From NCBI GenBank assembly GCA_032718475.1, contig JAUCBJ010001263.1, positions 1 to 64,000 of the forward strand: DNA of 64,000 nt, in the 5' to 3' direction. The notes below the pieces were generated by a model. That model searched no databases and had not been told where the DNA came from. It saw only the letters and a program-made list of their open reading frames with translations. Of the stretch, positions 1 through 13,100 are shown one piece after another (the stretch's first letter is position 1; each line of letters opens with the position of its first letter). The DNA comes from Nemertoderma westbladi. Taxonomy: Eukaryota; Animalia; Xenacoelomorpha. The translations under genes and the position numbers were made by a program.

Positions 1-465
1 TTTACGGAACCCATTTTGGTTACCACGTAACAGTCTCTCAACAGGATCCCTGATGCGATTTAATATAATAGCTTTCCAACAATTCCACGAAGAGAGATTC
101 TACGAAAAGATCCACGGGTTGTTAGGTTGCCCTTCTTTGGGGCTGGCACCAACTTATTTGTTTTCAGTTCTTTACGGACTCTCTTTGTCCTGTATTTGTC
201 CTCAATAATGGCGTGAATGAGTTCCAAACACTCATGAATTTTAAAGACCTCAGGGGGCACTCCATCTACTCCACTGGCACGATTGGTCTTGATGCTCCTA
301 GCTGCAATCTTGATTTCAGCAAAGGAGATGTCACCAATGGGGATATCTGTGAGCACAGACTCTGATACATGATGTACCTCAAAGTTGTCAGGCAATAACC
401 TGTCATTGTTTAGAAGCTTCTCAAAGAGGTCCTCCGACCTCCGAGGCGTTCAGCTGGAGTTTCAG
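1..465 (-). mobile_element. non-LTR retrotransposon (RTE-like LINE) RT-region fragment, decayed, intronic
   Basis: ORF 60..395 (ASGVDGVPPEVFKI...LVPAPKKGNLT..FRRISL...KL) and continuation to QNGFRK; visibly the same family as the LINE at 59215-61104 in opposite orientation. Confidence 0.85.
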
Positions 466-609
466 CCGTAAGCTAACATAATATAAAGAGAGTTCTATTA
501 GACAGCGGTGAGTATCGTTCGATTTGATTAGTCACATACACTCAACAATTAATTTGTGTTTGTTATTTTATCTAATTTTTTAATTTAATTTACTTGCACA
601 TATTTGTAG

Positions 610-810
610 GTATCGATGGGAAGCCAGGTAAGCAGGGCCTTGAAGGAGACGCCACCAGGCGGGTAGATGCCGCGCCGGGTTTTATATTTGCAATGCACAG
701 TCAGTCGACGGAGGTCCCCGTATGCCCCCCTGATCTTTCCATTGAGTTGTTCCACGGTTACAGTCTGTTATACATAGAGGGCAATCACCAAGTGGCTGGA
801 CAAGATTTAG
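610..810 (+). CDS. collagen type IV alpha chain, exon encoding end of triple helix and start of NC1
   Basis: tttgtag acceptor (608-609), GIDGKPGKQGLEG Gly-X-Y, then GFIFAMHSQSTEVPVCP..LFHGYSLLYIEGN...GQDLG; gtaagt donor at 811, phase 1. Confidence 0.95.
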
Positions 811-1193
811 GTAAGTCTGAGTTGCGTCGCTGTTCGTATAACTCTGTGTAAGTTCAGTTTGTTCATATAACATATAACATATATAATTCATCCTTGTGCA
901 CCACCCACCACGTATTAAGTTTTATTGTCAGCTTGCGTTGCGGGGTTGACAAATCGTTACACTATCGACAAAACAACTTCCTTCATGTTAGGATTACAAA
1001 TAAGCGTTTCTAATTGGCTAATAACATCCGTTACAGGGCGAACTGTTCACTGCATCCCGCATACAGGATGGACGTACGTTTCTGGTTAATATTTATTTTA
1101 TAAAACCATCTCCCCTTTAATACCTTTTATAATAGTCTAAGGGTTAGGATTACTATGTAATGCTATATTAATAGTAAGTAATTTCTGTTTTAG

Positions 1194-1368
1194 GCGGCGC
1201 TGGCTCCTGTCTGCAAAGGTTTACCACGTTGCCTTTTATTTTTTGTGACGGAATGGATGTATGTAAATATGGTACCAGGAACGATAAATCTTATTGGTTG
1301 TCGACCGACATGGAAATTCCAGGAGGGGGCGCAGTTAATGGTTCCGATATTCAATTCCATATAAGCCG
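1194..1368 (+). CDS. collagen IV NC1 exon
   Basis: ttttag acceptor; [59 protein letters not shown]; GT donor at 1369, phase-compatible with neighbours. Confidence 0.93.
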
Positions 1369-2063
1369 GTTGGTTTACTAAAATCGTCTTAGTTAATTAA
1401 TTAATTATTAATACTTAGCTATACATGTTATAAGTATTATATCAAATAGCATAGGATATTGATTGTTTTTTTAATTGTTTTTATAAGATATTGTTTCGGC
1501 ATTATTTTAATTAACCAATCGCCATAGACTTTATATTATCATTATGATACAATAATTAAAAATTAAAATTAAATTAAACTAAATATTTAGAAAATAAAAT
1601 GTAAATAAAAATACCCAGTAGAATGAATCAGGTAACTTTAAGCTTAAAAATAACTATTTACATACTTGTGTGTAAAGTAGCACTTTACAGTGTGATGATC
1701 CGAGTTGGTTTGTTACACGAACAAACGTTAGTGAGTGAAAATAAAGCCACGAGGATCAGAATACTGTAACTGTACTTTGCAACAAGTATGTATGTAGTTT
1801 TATTCCAAAATTTTAACATTACGAAATGATTGTATATATACATTATAAGTGATAGAAACTGCACAAATTAAATTAGTTGCTGTATAAATAAATGTAAAAA
1901 TGACATAAATTATGTTATAAATAATTTAGCTTATATTTATGGTGGCGTTTGGAGACATGTTATAATAATATAGCTAGGCCCTACTGGTTATTAATAGCTA
2001 TAACCCGCCTACCGGTAGGTAATGCAGTAGGCCTATCTGGCTGTCAGGCAAATTTCCACCTAT

Positions 2064-2150
2064 TGTTTACGTGGTATCCAATGACGGCGTTAAGTAATGT
2101 CCCCTTAGTGGACATTACTTAACGCCGTCATGGGTTACCACGTAAAAAAT
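2064..2150. repeat. near-perfect inverted repeat (hairpin) in collagen intron
   Basis: acgtggtatccaatgacggcgttaagtaatgtcc / ggacattacttaacgccgtcatgggttaccacgt with a ~7-nt loop. Confidence 0.85.
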
Positions 2151-2428
2151 AACACCAAATACAATACTAAATGTACAGGCAAATACAATGCTGTAATGTT
2201 CTCTAAAGTTGTAAATTGCTAAATAACAACTCGCTGTTAATACTAACGGCGTTGAGTAATGTTACAATTATGGAATAAAATATATTACTTTTTTTTATTT
2301 ATTATTATTTTTATGTTTATACTAATACAAAGTACTGGTAATTTGTATTCAAAAAAAATATCTTCCTCAGCAATTTATGTAAGTTAAGTAAGTGTAAATT
2401 GTTTACCCTCAAAGTTACTCCATTACAG

Positions 2429-2543
2429 ATGCTCGGTTTGTGATGGTGTCGGCAAGGTTACAGCGTTACACAGTCAGTCAGCGCGTTACCCTGAATGCCC
2501 TACAGGTTGGATCCGCTTGTGGTACGGCTATACATTCGTAATG
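2429..2543 (+). CDS. collagen IV NC1 exon
   Basis: ttacag acceptor; CSVCDGVGKVTALHSQSARYPECPTGWIRLWYGYTFVM; gtgagt donor at 2544. Confidence 0.93.
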
Positions 2544-3173
2544 GTGAGTTGCATTATTTATTTTGATTACTGTAATTATTTGTTAACAACAGCATTTGCT
2601 TTTCTATTCGTGCTATTTGAGTTGTTACGTCTTGACTAACGTATTGTACAACCGTTGTGAACGTGTTGGGTACATTAATACATCGGCGAGTAATTTTAGA
2701 CGACATTACCGAATAGGCTTGTATCCTTAAGACGTCGAGATAGACGTACCAGAAGCTACAACTAGACGAACGGCCACAGTGTCGTCCGGCGGTTTAGAAT
2801 ATTGTATCGTCAGAGTGGTGCTCGTTGTCACAAGTGGATCTTACAGTTCCTTATTGATACTATAATGTATCACTACTGTAATATATACCGACTGCCGAGG
2901 TTTCCCAAATCTTAGACAGTTTATTAAGTTCACAATTCCAACCATCAGTCCCTAGATCAGCTGTGCCTTATGAGCCAAGGAAGCTTCCTTTAATAGAGTC
3001 TAAATTAGATGAGTTGCATTGTCCAGTGAATGTGACAATAAATAAAAATCTTTGACATAATTTCACAAGTTTTATTGAATTAATTAATTAGCCAGTTTTG
3101 CTTACTTTTCAATTGCTAATTAATGTAATGTAATGTAATTAATTTAATTATCTTTCTTTTATATTTTGAACAG

Positions 3174-3428
3174 CACACAGCCACGGGTTCCCATGCAGCT
3201 GGCCAATCTATGCAGTCCCCTGGTTCCTGTCTCGAACATTTCCGCACCGCGCCGTTTATAGAATGCAGCGGTAGAGGGCGCTGCTCATTCTACACGGACG
3301 AACACAGTTTTTGGTTGCGAACTTTATCTAACAGATTCGACGAACGACCTCAACCCCAGGTTTATAACAATAGGAACGAACAGGAAGAAATTACTAGCAA
3401 ATGTTCTGTCTGTATGCGGAACATGTAA
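3174..3428 (+). CDS. collagen IV NC1 terminal exon
   Basis: aacag acceptor; HTATGSHAAGQSMQSPGSCLEHFRTAPFIECSGRGRCSFY..SFWL...SKCSVCMRNM-stop; 12 NC1 cysteines over the four exons. Confidence 0.95.
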   Translation, partial: HTATGSHAAGQSMQSPGSCLEHFRTAPFIECSGRGRCSFYTDEHSFWLRTLSNRFDERPQPQVYNNRNEQEEITSKCSVCMRNM

Positions 3429-3434
3429 ACAATT

Positions 3435-3655
3435 ATAGAATATTGTAATACATTCTAGAATATTGTAATAGTTCTAGAATATTGTAATAGTTCTAGAATA
3501 TTATTGTAATAGTTCTAGAATATTGTAATAGTTCTAGAATATTGTAATAGTTCTAGATTATTGTAATAGTTCTAGAATATTGTAATAAATTGTTATAGAA
3601 TATTGTAATTCACATTGGAATATTGTAATACATTCTAGAATATTGAATTGTAGAA
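3435..3655. repeat. ~19-bp minisatellite in collagen 3' UTR
   Basis: tandem ttctagaatattgtaatag units directly after the stop codon. Confidence 0.85.
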
Positions 3656-5026
3656 TATGCTCATACATTCTATCTATGGCGTTTCATTACATAATCATTA
3701 TCATTGCGCAGCTGATAGCTAACGGTTATCACCACAAATTCTGAACAGCGAAAAGTGCTGGTGACCAACTGATAATTGTACTTGTTTATATAAATTGCGC
3801 CAAAATAATGTTCCTGCCAATTATCAGTTCTAAATACCGAGTTTTGGTTCCATCGCTAAGAACTCCTTTGTACCTAAACATGATTTAAAATTAACATTTT
3901 GTTACAACTTTTATTTCAGTAATTCATTTTTCTGTGTTATTTATTTCTATTAAGTATTTATCTAGAAACTCTAGCATAATTATACTTAAAACGTGTATAA
4001 TGTTGTTATCTTACTGTTTTATTTAATATATTATTTTATAATTTTACCCATGTATGTGGGATAATATAATAAAACGATTATCATTATATAATATTCCAAT
4101 ACGTTCTAGAATATTTCCATACATTATAGCATATTGCTTCACATTCTAGAATATTGTTATTTAGTTTCATAGATTATAAACGTCGATAAATGTATGTAAA
4201 ATAATTAAATGATACCCCATCGTATTTGTATAATTATTCTACTTTTTTCTCTTTTTTTTTCATTTTTTTTTAGTGGTATAGATAAATGAAACGGTTTTCT
4301 TTGATATTTAGTCGATCAACTTGTTTACTGTTTTGGTTATGATACCATCTCTGTTTCCAGAGGCCGTGTTTTCTATCAACTAGTGGGTGTCCGGGGCGTT
4401 TTTGTTTCCGCGAATTCGCTATAAATGCATAACTGATAAGAATGCCAAATTCAATAGAAAAAAGGCTAATCATTTTGCAATCACCACAAACTCTTTTCTG
4501 AGAGAATGACAGAAAATTGTATTGCTTCACCACCTCCCACGTTTAATATGGTAATATGGTATTATGACTAATTTCATTAGTCCACAATTTCATCTGATGT
4601 ATTTTAGTAGTCAATTATATTTAAATAATCAATTAATTGCATCAACAAACATACTGATGTTCCATCAAAACTTTTATTTCTAGAATAAAATATTATGCTT
4701 CTAGAACAAGAAAATGCTTCATTATTAACTCTTGGCAACAACCGGGTTCGGAATCAGCACCTAGAAATTGTAAAAATATTGTATTTTTGTGTGAAAAAAT
4801 GTCATTTCGAGATAATCGCCTTCAAATTCAAACCTTCCCTCGCAAAACTACCTGTATGGGGTCTGGTTGGTTAATAGTATCGGACAGAAAGGAAGCGCAC
4901 AACCGAGTTCAAATTATATTTACGGGGGTTTTCGGGGTCGCTAATTTCATTTCCGATGACAGTTTAAATATTTGGGGGAATGTAGTCTGTCCGTCGGTCG
5001 GTTGTCTGTCTGTCTTACATTTTACA

Positions 5027-5287
5027 TTTATTATAGGAAGGGATCTAGGGGTCTTTACCTCGAATGATAAGTTTATTTTACCGAAAATAACTTATCTTAA
5101 TATACTTATGAGATATTAATTTCAAGAAAAATCACGCGATTCCTAAATTTGTACACTACCCGGTTAAAAAGTACGCATGTGATGGGATTAGTCCTACAAT
5201 TGCGCCAATAAAATATAAGTTATTTTCGGTAAAATAAACTTATCATTCGAGGTAAAGAACCCTAGATCCCTTCCTATATAATAAATG
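5027..5287. mobile_element. small foldback/MITE-like element with ~70-bp inverted arms
   Basis: ataggaagggatctagg...cgaatgataagtttattttaccgaaaataacttat (5027-5096) is reverse-complemented at 5215-5287. Confidence 0.7.
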
Positions 5288-6452
5288 TATAATAACAAAC
5301 ACCTCGAAAAATACAGCTTGCTAACTCATTGTTACTGTCTTACATTTTGGCAGACAGAGGGGTCACCCTTAATTGATAACTAACATTCTTAATTCACTGA
5401 GATGGGATTGGCATCACCCGCCCCCACCCCCAGGACACGCCCTTTTGCGAAGTTAGGTCTAATGTGAAGTTTCAGGATAAACCGGATTGGCCACGACTGA
5501 CTGTTATTTTTTTATTTATTATTTTAACCCCCACTATATGGACTAGTATGGTTAAAATCATTATGGGATATTATGTAACTGAATAGGCATAGCCACATAC
5601 AGGTAACCTATAATGCGCCACCACTACCGGTACTGAAGTAGCTGGGAATCAGAGATTCAATAATTCCTGCTCCAGTGTGGTTCATCATTGGTCCCTTTAA
5701 TTAAAATAGCGGTGTTAGCCAAACCCGTTACCAAGGACACTATCAAGGACAACTCTTGGCCACGCCACCACAAATAATCATAATCCAAGATTCACTTACT
5801 TATATTATTATTTATTTATATAATAAAACATCCAAACTCACATTGGGTACTTAAACCGCTTGCAGTTATTAATATATAATAATCATATAAAGAAGAAGTG
5901 TAGGCCCTATTGATTATGTGGCAGAATTTATTATAATAAACTACAAGTATGCATACAAATTATTAGCATCTATGATTTTGTTAATCATTAATTTTATCTA
6001 ACATCATTGTATAATTTTGATTCTTATAATATGGCCCCTGCAGTTAGGCCTGAATTGCCTGGATTGATAGCTAAATTATATTTTTGGTTATGGACTTTCT
6101 TTCTACGGTACTAAAGCAAAATCTATTTACAGATTTATATTGAACTCAAACAGTTTTCAAAACTATCAGTTTGTTTCATGTATACAGTTGTTACCATAAG
6201 ACGGTCAAACATTGAGCACGACAATGCCGACCCGACTGGCCCGTGCTAATCTATCTATATCCTACAGGGCTTACACTGACTTTGGCGTTCGCCCACATTA
6301 ATTTTTTTATGATACGTATTATGTGTGAGAAATTCTCTAAAAAAAATTTTTTTCCATATAAATAAAAGCAATGTAAGCGCATGGTAACAAACACAGATGT
6401 CAGTATATTTAATTAAATAAAATATTTGTATTAGTTGATATGATACGACTGT

Positions 6453-6547
6453 ATGGCTGACCACGCCCCATTTGGTACTGACGTTCAACCATTGTATGAC
6501 GTAGCCATTAAGAGCAGTCGTTACTACAATGTACCATCGTTAAAGAG
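6453..6547 (+). CDS. probable first coding exon of C1orf87/DUF5580-like gene
   Basis: MADHAPFGTDVQPLYDVAIKSSRYYNVPSLKR, gtaagt donor at 6548; matches in register the recalled N-terminal motif of human C1orf87 (TPRGSDAMPEIMVKIIGSKHF). Confidence 0.6.
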
Positions 6548-6601
6548 GTAAGTTTTATTCTATTATTCAGTAAAAGTTAAACTACGTTGTAAAGACTACA
6601 G

Positions 6602-6710
6602 GTCTAAAGAGCTCGTTATGTCCGTTATTGGTCTACATGTGTTCATGGTATTCATGCATTTCTTTATGGTTTACGTCCGTTTCGCTATGCTGCAATACTG
6701 TATAATAAAG
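6602..6710 (+). CDS. candidate linking exon of C1orf87-like gene
   Basis: ctacag acceptor, open phase 2 to phase 0, aag|gtaatg donor; bridges phases of 6547 and 7032, but no homology recognised and an alternative acceptor at 6741 exists. Confidence 0.3.
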
Positions 6711-7031
6711 GTAATGTTCCCCAATGGGGTGTTAGTCGCAGGAAAATGACTAAAAAATCGAAGGAAGATCGATTGATACATATATGTTTGGTTGCGGACG
6801 GTAGAGGGATAAACGGACGGTATATTATACATGCATTGTACTCAATTAACACAATTTATTGGGGTAAAATATATGCGTATTGGTATAAAAAAAAATGTGA
6901 TAGTGAAATTAACATATAAAACATTAACACAGTGCAACCTGAAAGTTTCATAAGCCCAAGTTTCGAGTTATGTATTTGTTCCAAGTTTCGAATAAATATA
7001 TATTTGAAATTATTTTATCTAAAGTTTGCAG

Positions 7032-7130
7032 AATAAATGGTCAGAGCAGCGCCTACCCCACAATCACAAAATGATGGGAAAATATGATTATAATCAGCCT
7101 TACCTAGATATACAGTCACAAAGAAATCAT
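7032..7130 (+). CDS. exon of C1orf87-like gene, 3' end is the founder unit of the satellite
   Basis: tttgcag acceptor, 99 nt open in phase 0 (NKWSEQRLPHNHKMMGKYDYNQPYLDIQSQRNH), gtaagt donor at 7131, phase-compatible with exon 14393. Confidence 0.7.
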
Positions 7131-10100
7131 GTAAGTTTATCAACGGGATATACAGTAACAAATAAATCATGTAAGTTTATCAACTGGATATACAATCACA
7201 GATAAAAATTGTAAGTTTATCAACTGGGTATACAATCACAGATAAAATGTGTAAGTTTATCAACTGGACATACAGTCACAGATTAATAGTGTAAGTTTAT
7301 CAACTGGATATACAGTCGCAAAGAAATCATGAAAGTTTATCAACTGGATATACAGTCACAGATAAAAAGTGTAAGTTTATCAACTGGATATACAATCACA
7401 GATAAAAAGTGTAAGTTTATCAACTGGATAATACAGTCACAAAGAAATCATGTAAGTTTATCAACTGGATATACAATCGAAAATAAAAAGTGTAAGTTTA
7501 TCAACTGGGTATACAATCACAGATAAAAATTGTAAGTTTATCAACTGGGTATACTGTCACAGATAAAAATTGTAAGTTTATCAACTGGAAATACAGTCAC
7601 AAAGAAATCATGAAAGTTTATCAACTGGATATACCGTCACGGATAAACAGTGTAAGTTTATCAACTGGATATACAATCACAGATAAAATGTGTAAGTTTA
7701 TCAACTGGATATACAGTCACAAAGAAATCATGTAAGTTTATCAACGGGATATACAGTAACAAATAAATCATGTAAGTTTATCAACTGGATATACAATCAC
7801 AGATAAAAATTGTAAGTTTATCAACTGGGTATACTGTCACAGATAAAAATTGTAAGTTTATCAACTGGAAATACAGTCACAAAGAAATCATGAAAGTTTA
7901 TCAACTGGATATACAATCACAGATAAAAAGTGTAAGTTTATCAACTGGATAATACAGTCACAAAGAAATCATGTAAGTTTATCAACTGGATATACAATCG
8001 AAAATAAAAAGTGTAAGTTTATCAACTGGGTATACAATCACAGATAAAAATTGTAAGTTTATCAACTGGGTATACTGTCACAGATAAAAATTGTAAGTTT
8101 ATCAACTGGAAATACAGTCACAAAGAAATCATGAAAGTTTATCAACTGGATATACAGACACAGATAAAAAGTGTAAGTTTATCAACTGGATATACAATCA
8201 CAGATAAAAAGTGTAAGTTTATCAACTGGATATACAATCACAGATAAAAATTGTAAGTTTATCAACTGGGTATACAGTCACAGATAAAAAGTGTAAGTTT
8301 ATCAACTGGATATACAGTCACAGATAAAATGTGTAAGTTTATCAACTGGGTATACTGTCACAGATAAAAATTGTAAGTTTATCAACTGGAAATACAGTCA
8401 CAAAGAAATCATGAAAGTTTATCAACTGGATATACAGACACAGATAAAAAGTGTAAGTTTATCAACTGGATATACAGTCACAGATAAAAAGTGTAAGTTT
8501 ATCAACTGGATATACAATCACAGATAAAAAGTGTAAGTTTATCAACTGGATATACAGTCACAGATAAAAAGTGAAGTTTATCAAATGGATATACTGTCAC
8601 AGATAAAAAGTGTAAGTTTATCAACTGGATATACAGTCACAGATAAAAAGTGTAAGTTTATCAACTGGAGATACAATCACAGATAAAAATTGTAAGTTTA
8701 TCAACTAGAGAGTTACAAAGAAATCATGTAAGTTAATCAACTGGATATACAGTGACAAAGAAATCATGTATCAAGTGGATATACAGTCACAGGTAAAAAT
8801 TGTAAGTTTATCAACTGGAGATACAATCACAGATAAAAATTGTAAGTTTATCAACTGGAGAGTTACAAAGAAATCATGTAAGTTTATCAACTGGATATAC
8901 AGTGACAAAGAAATCATGTATCAAGTGGATATACAGTCACAGGTAAAAATTGTAAGTTTATCAACTGGAGATACAATCACAGATAAAAATTGTAAGTTTA
9001 TCAACTGGAGATACAGTCACGGATAAACAGTGTAAGTTTATCAACTGGATATACAGTCACGGATAAACAGTGTAAGTTTATCAACTGGATATACAATCAC
9101 AGATAAAAATTGTAAGTTTATCAACTGGAGAGTTACAAAGAAATCATGTAAGTTTATCAACTGGATATACAGTGACAAAGAAATCATGTATCAAGTGGAT
9201 ATACAGTCACAGGTAAAAATTGTAAGTTTATCAACTGGAGATACAATCACAGATAAAAATTGTAAGTTTATCAACTGGAGATACAGTCACGGATAAACAG
9301 TGTAAGTTTATCAACTGGATATATACAATCGAAGATAAAAATTGTAAGTTTATCAACTGGATATACAATCACAGATAAAAATTGTAAGTTTATCAACTGG
9401 AGAGTTACAAAGAAATCATGTAAGTTTATCAACTGGATATACAGTGACAAAGAAATCATGTATCAAGTGGATATACAGTCACAGGTAAAAATTGTAAGTT
9501 TATCAACTGGAGATACAATCACAGATAAAAATTGTAAGTTTATCAACTGGAGAGTTACAAAGAAATCATGTAAGTTTATCAACTGGATATACAGTGACAA
9601 AGAAATCATGTATCAAGTGGATATACAGTCACAGGTAAAAATTGTAAGTTTATCAACTGGAGATACAATCACAGATAAAAATTGTAAGTTTATCAACTGG
9701 AGATACAGTCACGGATAAACAGTGTAAGTTTATCAACTGGATATATACAATCGAAGATAAAAATTGTAAGTTTATCAACTGGATATACAATCACAGATAA
9801 AAATTGTAAGTTTATCAACTGGAGAGTTACAAAGAAATCATGTAAGTTTATCAACTGGATATATACAATCGAAGATAAAAATTGTAAGTTTATCAACTGG
9901 ATATACAATCACAGATAAAAATTGTAAGTTTATCAACTGGAGAGTTACAAAGAAATCATGTAAGTTTATCAACTGGATATATACAATCGAAGATAAAAAT
10001 TGTAAGTTTATCAACTGGATATACAATGACAGATAAAAATTGTAAGTTTGTCAACTGGAGAGTTACAAAGAAATCATGTAAGTTTATCAACTGGATATAT

Positions 10101-13100
10101 ACAATCGAATATAAAATTGTAAGTTTATCAACTGGATATACAATCACAGATAAAATGTGTAAGTTTATCAACTGGATATACAGTCACAAAGAAATCATGT
10201 AAGTTTATCAACTGGATGGATATACAGTCATAGATAAAAAGTGTAAGTTTATCAACTGGATATACGGTCACGGATAAACAGTGTAAGTTTATCAACTGGA
10301 TATACAATCACAGATAAAGAATGTAAGTTTATCAACTGGAGAGTTACAAAGAAATCATGTAAGTTTATCAACTGGATATATACAGTCGAATATAAAATTG
10401 TAAGTTTATCAACTGGATATACAATCACAGATAAAATTGTAAGTTTATCAACTGGATATACAATCACAGATAAAAAGTGTAAGTTTATCAACTGGATATA
10501 CGGTCACGGATAAACAGTGTAAGTTTATCAACTGGATATACAATCACAGATAAAATGTGTAAGTTTATCAACTGGACATACAGTCACAAAGAAATCATGT
10601 AAGTTTATCAACTGGACATACAGTCACAAAGAAATCATGTAAGTTGATCAACTGGATGAATATACAGTCATAGGTAAAAAGTGTAAGTTTATCAACTGGA
10701 TATACAGTCACGGATAAACAGTGTAAGTTTATCAACTGGATATACAGTCATAGGTAAAAAGTGTAAGTTTAACAACTGGATATACAGTCACAAAGAAATC
10801 ATGTAAGTTGATCAACTGGATGAATATACAGTCATAGGTAAAAAGTGTAAGTTTATCAACTGGATATACAGTCACAGATAAAAAGTGTAAGTTTATCAAC
10901 TGGGTATACAGTCACAGATAAAAAGTGTAAGTTTATCAACTGGGTATACAGTCACAGATAACAATTGTAAGTTTATCAACTGGATATACAATCACAGATA
11001 AAATGTGTAAGTTTATCAACTGGACATACAGTCACAAAGAAATCATGTAAGTTTATCAACTGCATGGATATACAGTCACAGATAAAAAGTGTAAGTTTAT
11101 CAACTGGATATACCGTCACGGATAAACAGTGTAAGTTTATCAACTTGATATACAGTCACAGATAAAAAGTGTAAGTTTATCAACTGGACATACAATCACG
11201 GATAAACAGTGTAAGTTTATCAACTGGACATACAGTCACAAATAAATCATGTAAGTTTATCAACTGGATATACCGTCACGGATAAACAGTGTAAGTTTAT
11301 CAACTTGATATACAGTCACAGATAAAAAGTGTAAGTTTATCAACTGGACATACATTCACAAATAAATCATGTAAGTTTATCAACTGGATATACAGTCACG
11401 AATAAACAGTGTAAGTTTATCAACTGGATATACAGTCACAGATAAAAAGTGTAAGTTTATCAACTGGACATACATTCACAAATAAATCATGTAAGTTTAT
11501 CAACTGGATATACAGTCACGAATAAACAGTGTAAGTTTATCAACTGGATATACAATCACAGATAAAAAGTGTAAGTTTATCAACTGGATATACAGTCACA
11601 GATAAAAAGTGTAAGTTTATCAACTGGATATACAGTCACGGATAAACAGTGTAAGTTTATCAACTGGATATACAATCACAGATAAAAAGTGTAAGTTTAT
11701 CAACTGGATATACAGTCACAGATAAAAAGTGTAAGTTTATCAACTGGATATACAGTCACGGATAAACAGTGTAAGTTTATCAACTGGATATACAGTCACG
11801 GATAAACAGTGTAAGTTTATCAACTGGATATACAGTCACAGATAAAAAGGGTAAGTTTATCAACTGAACATACAGTCACAAATGAATCATGTAAGTTTAT
11901 CAACTGGATATACAGTCACGGATAAACAGTGTAAGTTTATCAACTGGACATACTGTCACAAATAAATCATGTAAGTTTATCAACTGGATATACAGTCACG
12001 GATAAACAGTGTAAGTTTATCAACTGGATATACAGTCACAGATAAAAAGTGTAAGTTTATCAACTGGACATACATTCACAAATAAATCATGTAAATTTAT
12101 CAACTGGATATACAGTCACGGATAAACAGTGTAAGTTTATCAACTGGATATACAGTCACGGATAAACAGTGTAAGTTTATCAACTGGATATACAATCACA
12201 GATAAACAGTGTAAGTTTATCAACTGGATATACAATCACAGATAAAAAGTGTAAGTTTATCAACTGGATATACAGTCACAGATAACAATTGTAAGTTTAT
12301 CAACTGGATATACAATCACAGATAAAATGTGTAAGTTTATCAACTGGACATACAGTCACAAAGAAATCATGTAAGTTTATCAACTGGATGGATATACAGT
12401 CATAGGTAAAAAGTGTAAGTTTATCAACTGGGTATACAGTCACAGATAACAATTGTAAGTTTATCAACTGGATATACAATCACAGATAAAATGTGTAAGT
12501 TTATCAACAGGACATACAGTCACAAAGAAATCATGTAAGTTTATCAACTGGATGGATATACAGTCATAGGTAAAAAGTGTAAGTTTATCAACTGGGTATA
12601 CAGTCACAGATAACAATTGTAAGTTTATCAACTGGATATACAGTCACAGATAAAAAGTGTAAGTTTATCAACTGGATATACAATCACAGATAAAATGTGT
12701 AAGTTTATCAACTGGATATACAGTCACAAAGAAATTATGTAAGTTTATCAACTGCATGGATATACAGTCATAGGTAAAAAGTGTAAGTTTATCAACTGGG
12801 TATACAGTCACGGATAAACAGTGTAAGTTTATCAACTGGATATACAATCACAGATAACATGTGTAGGTGTATCAACTGGACATACAGTCACAAAGAAATC
12901 ATGTAAGTTTATCAACTGGATGGATATACAGTCATAGGTAAAAAGTGTAAGTTTATCAACTGGGTATACAGTCACAGATAACAATTGTAAGTTTATCAAC
13001 TGGATATACAGTCACAGATAAAAAGTGTAAGTTTATCAACTGGATATACAATCACAGATAAAATGTGTAAGTTTATCAACTGGATATACAATCACAGATA

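Noticed and set aside
7329-10491. Short ORFs within the 40-bp array
   Set aside because: Translations of the satellite; repetitive, with stops in all frames over longer range
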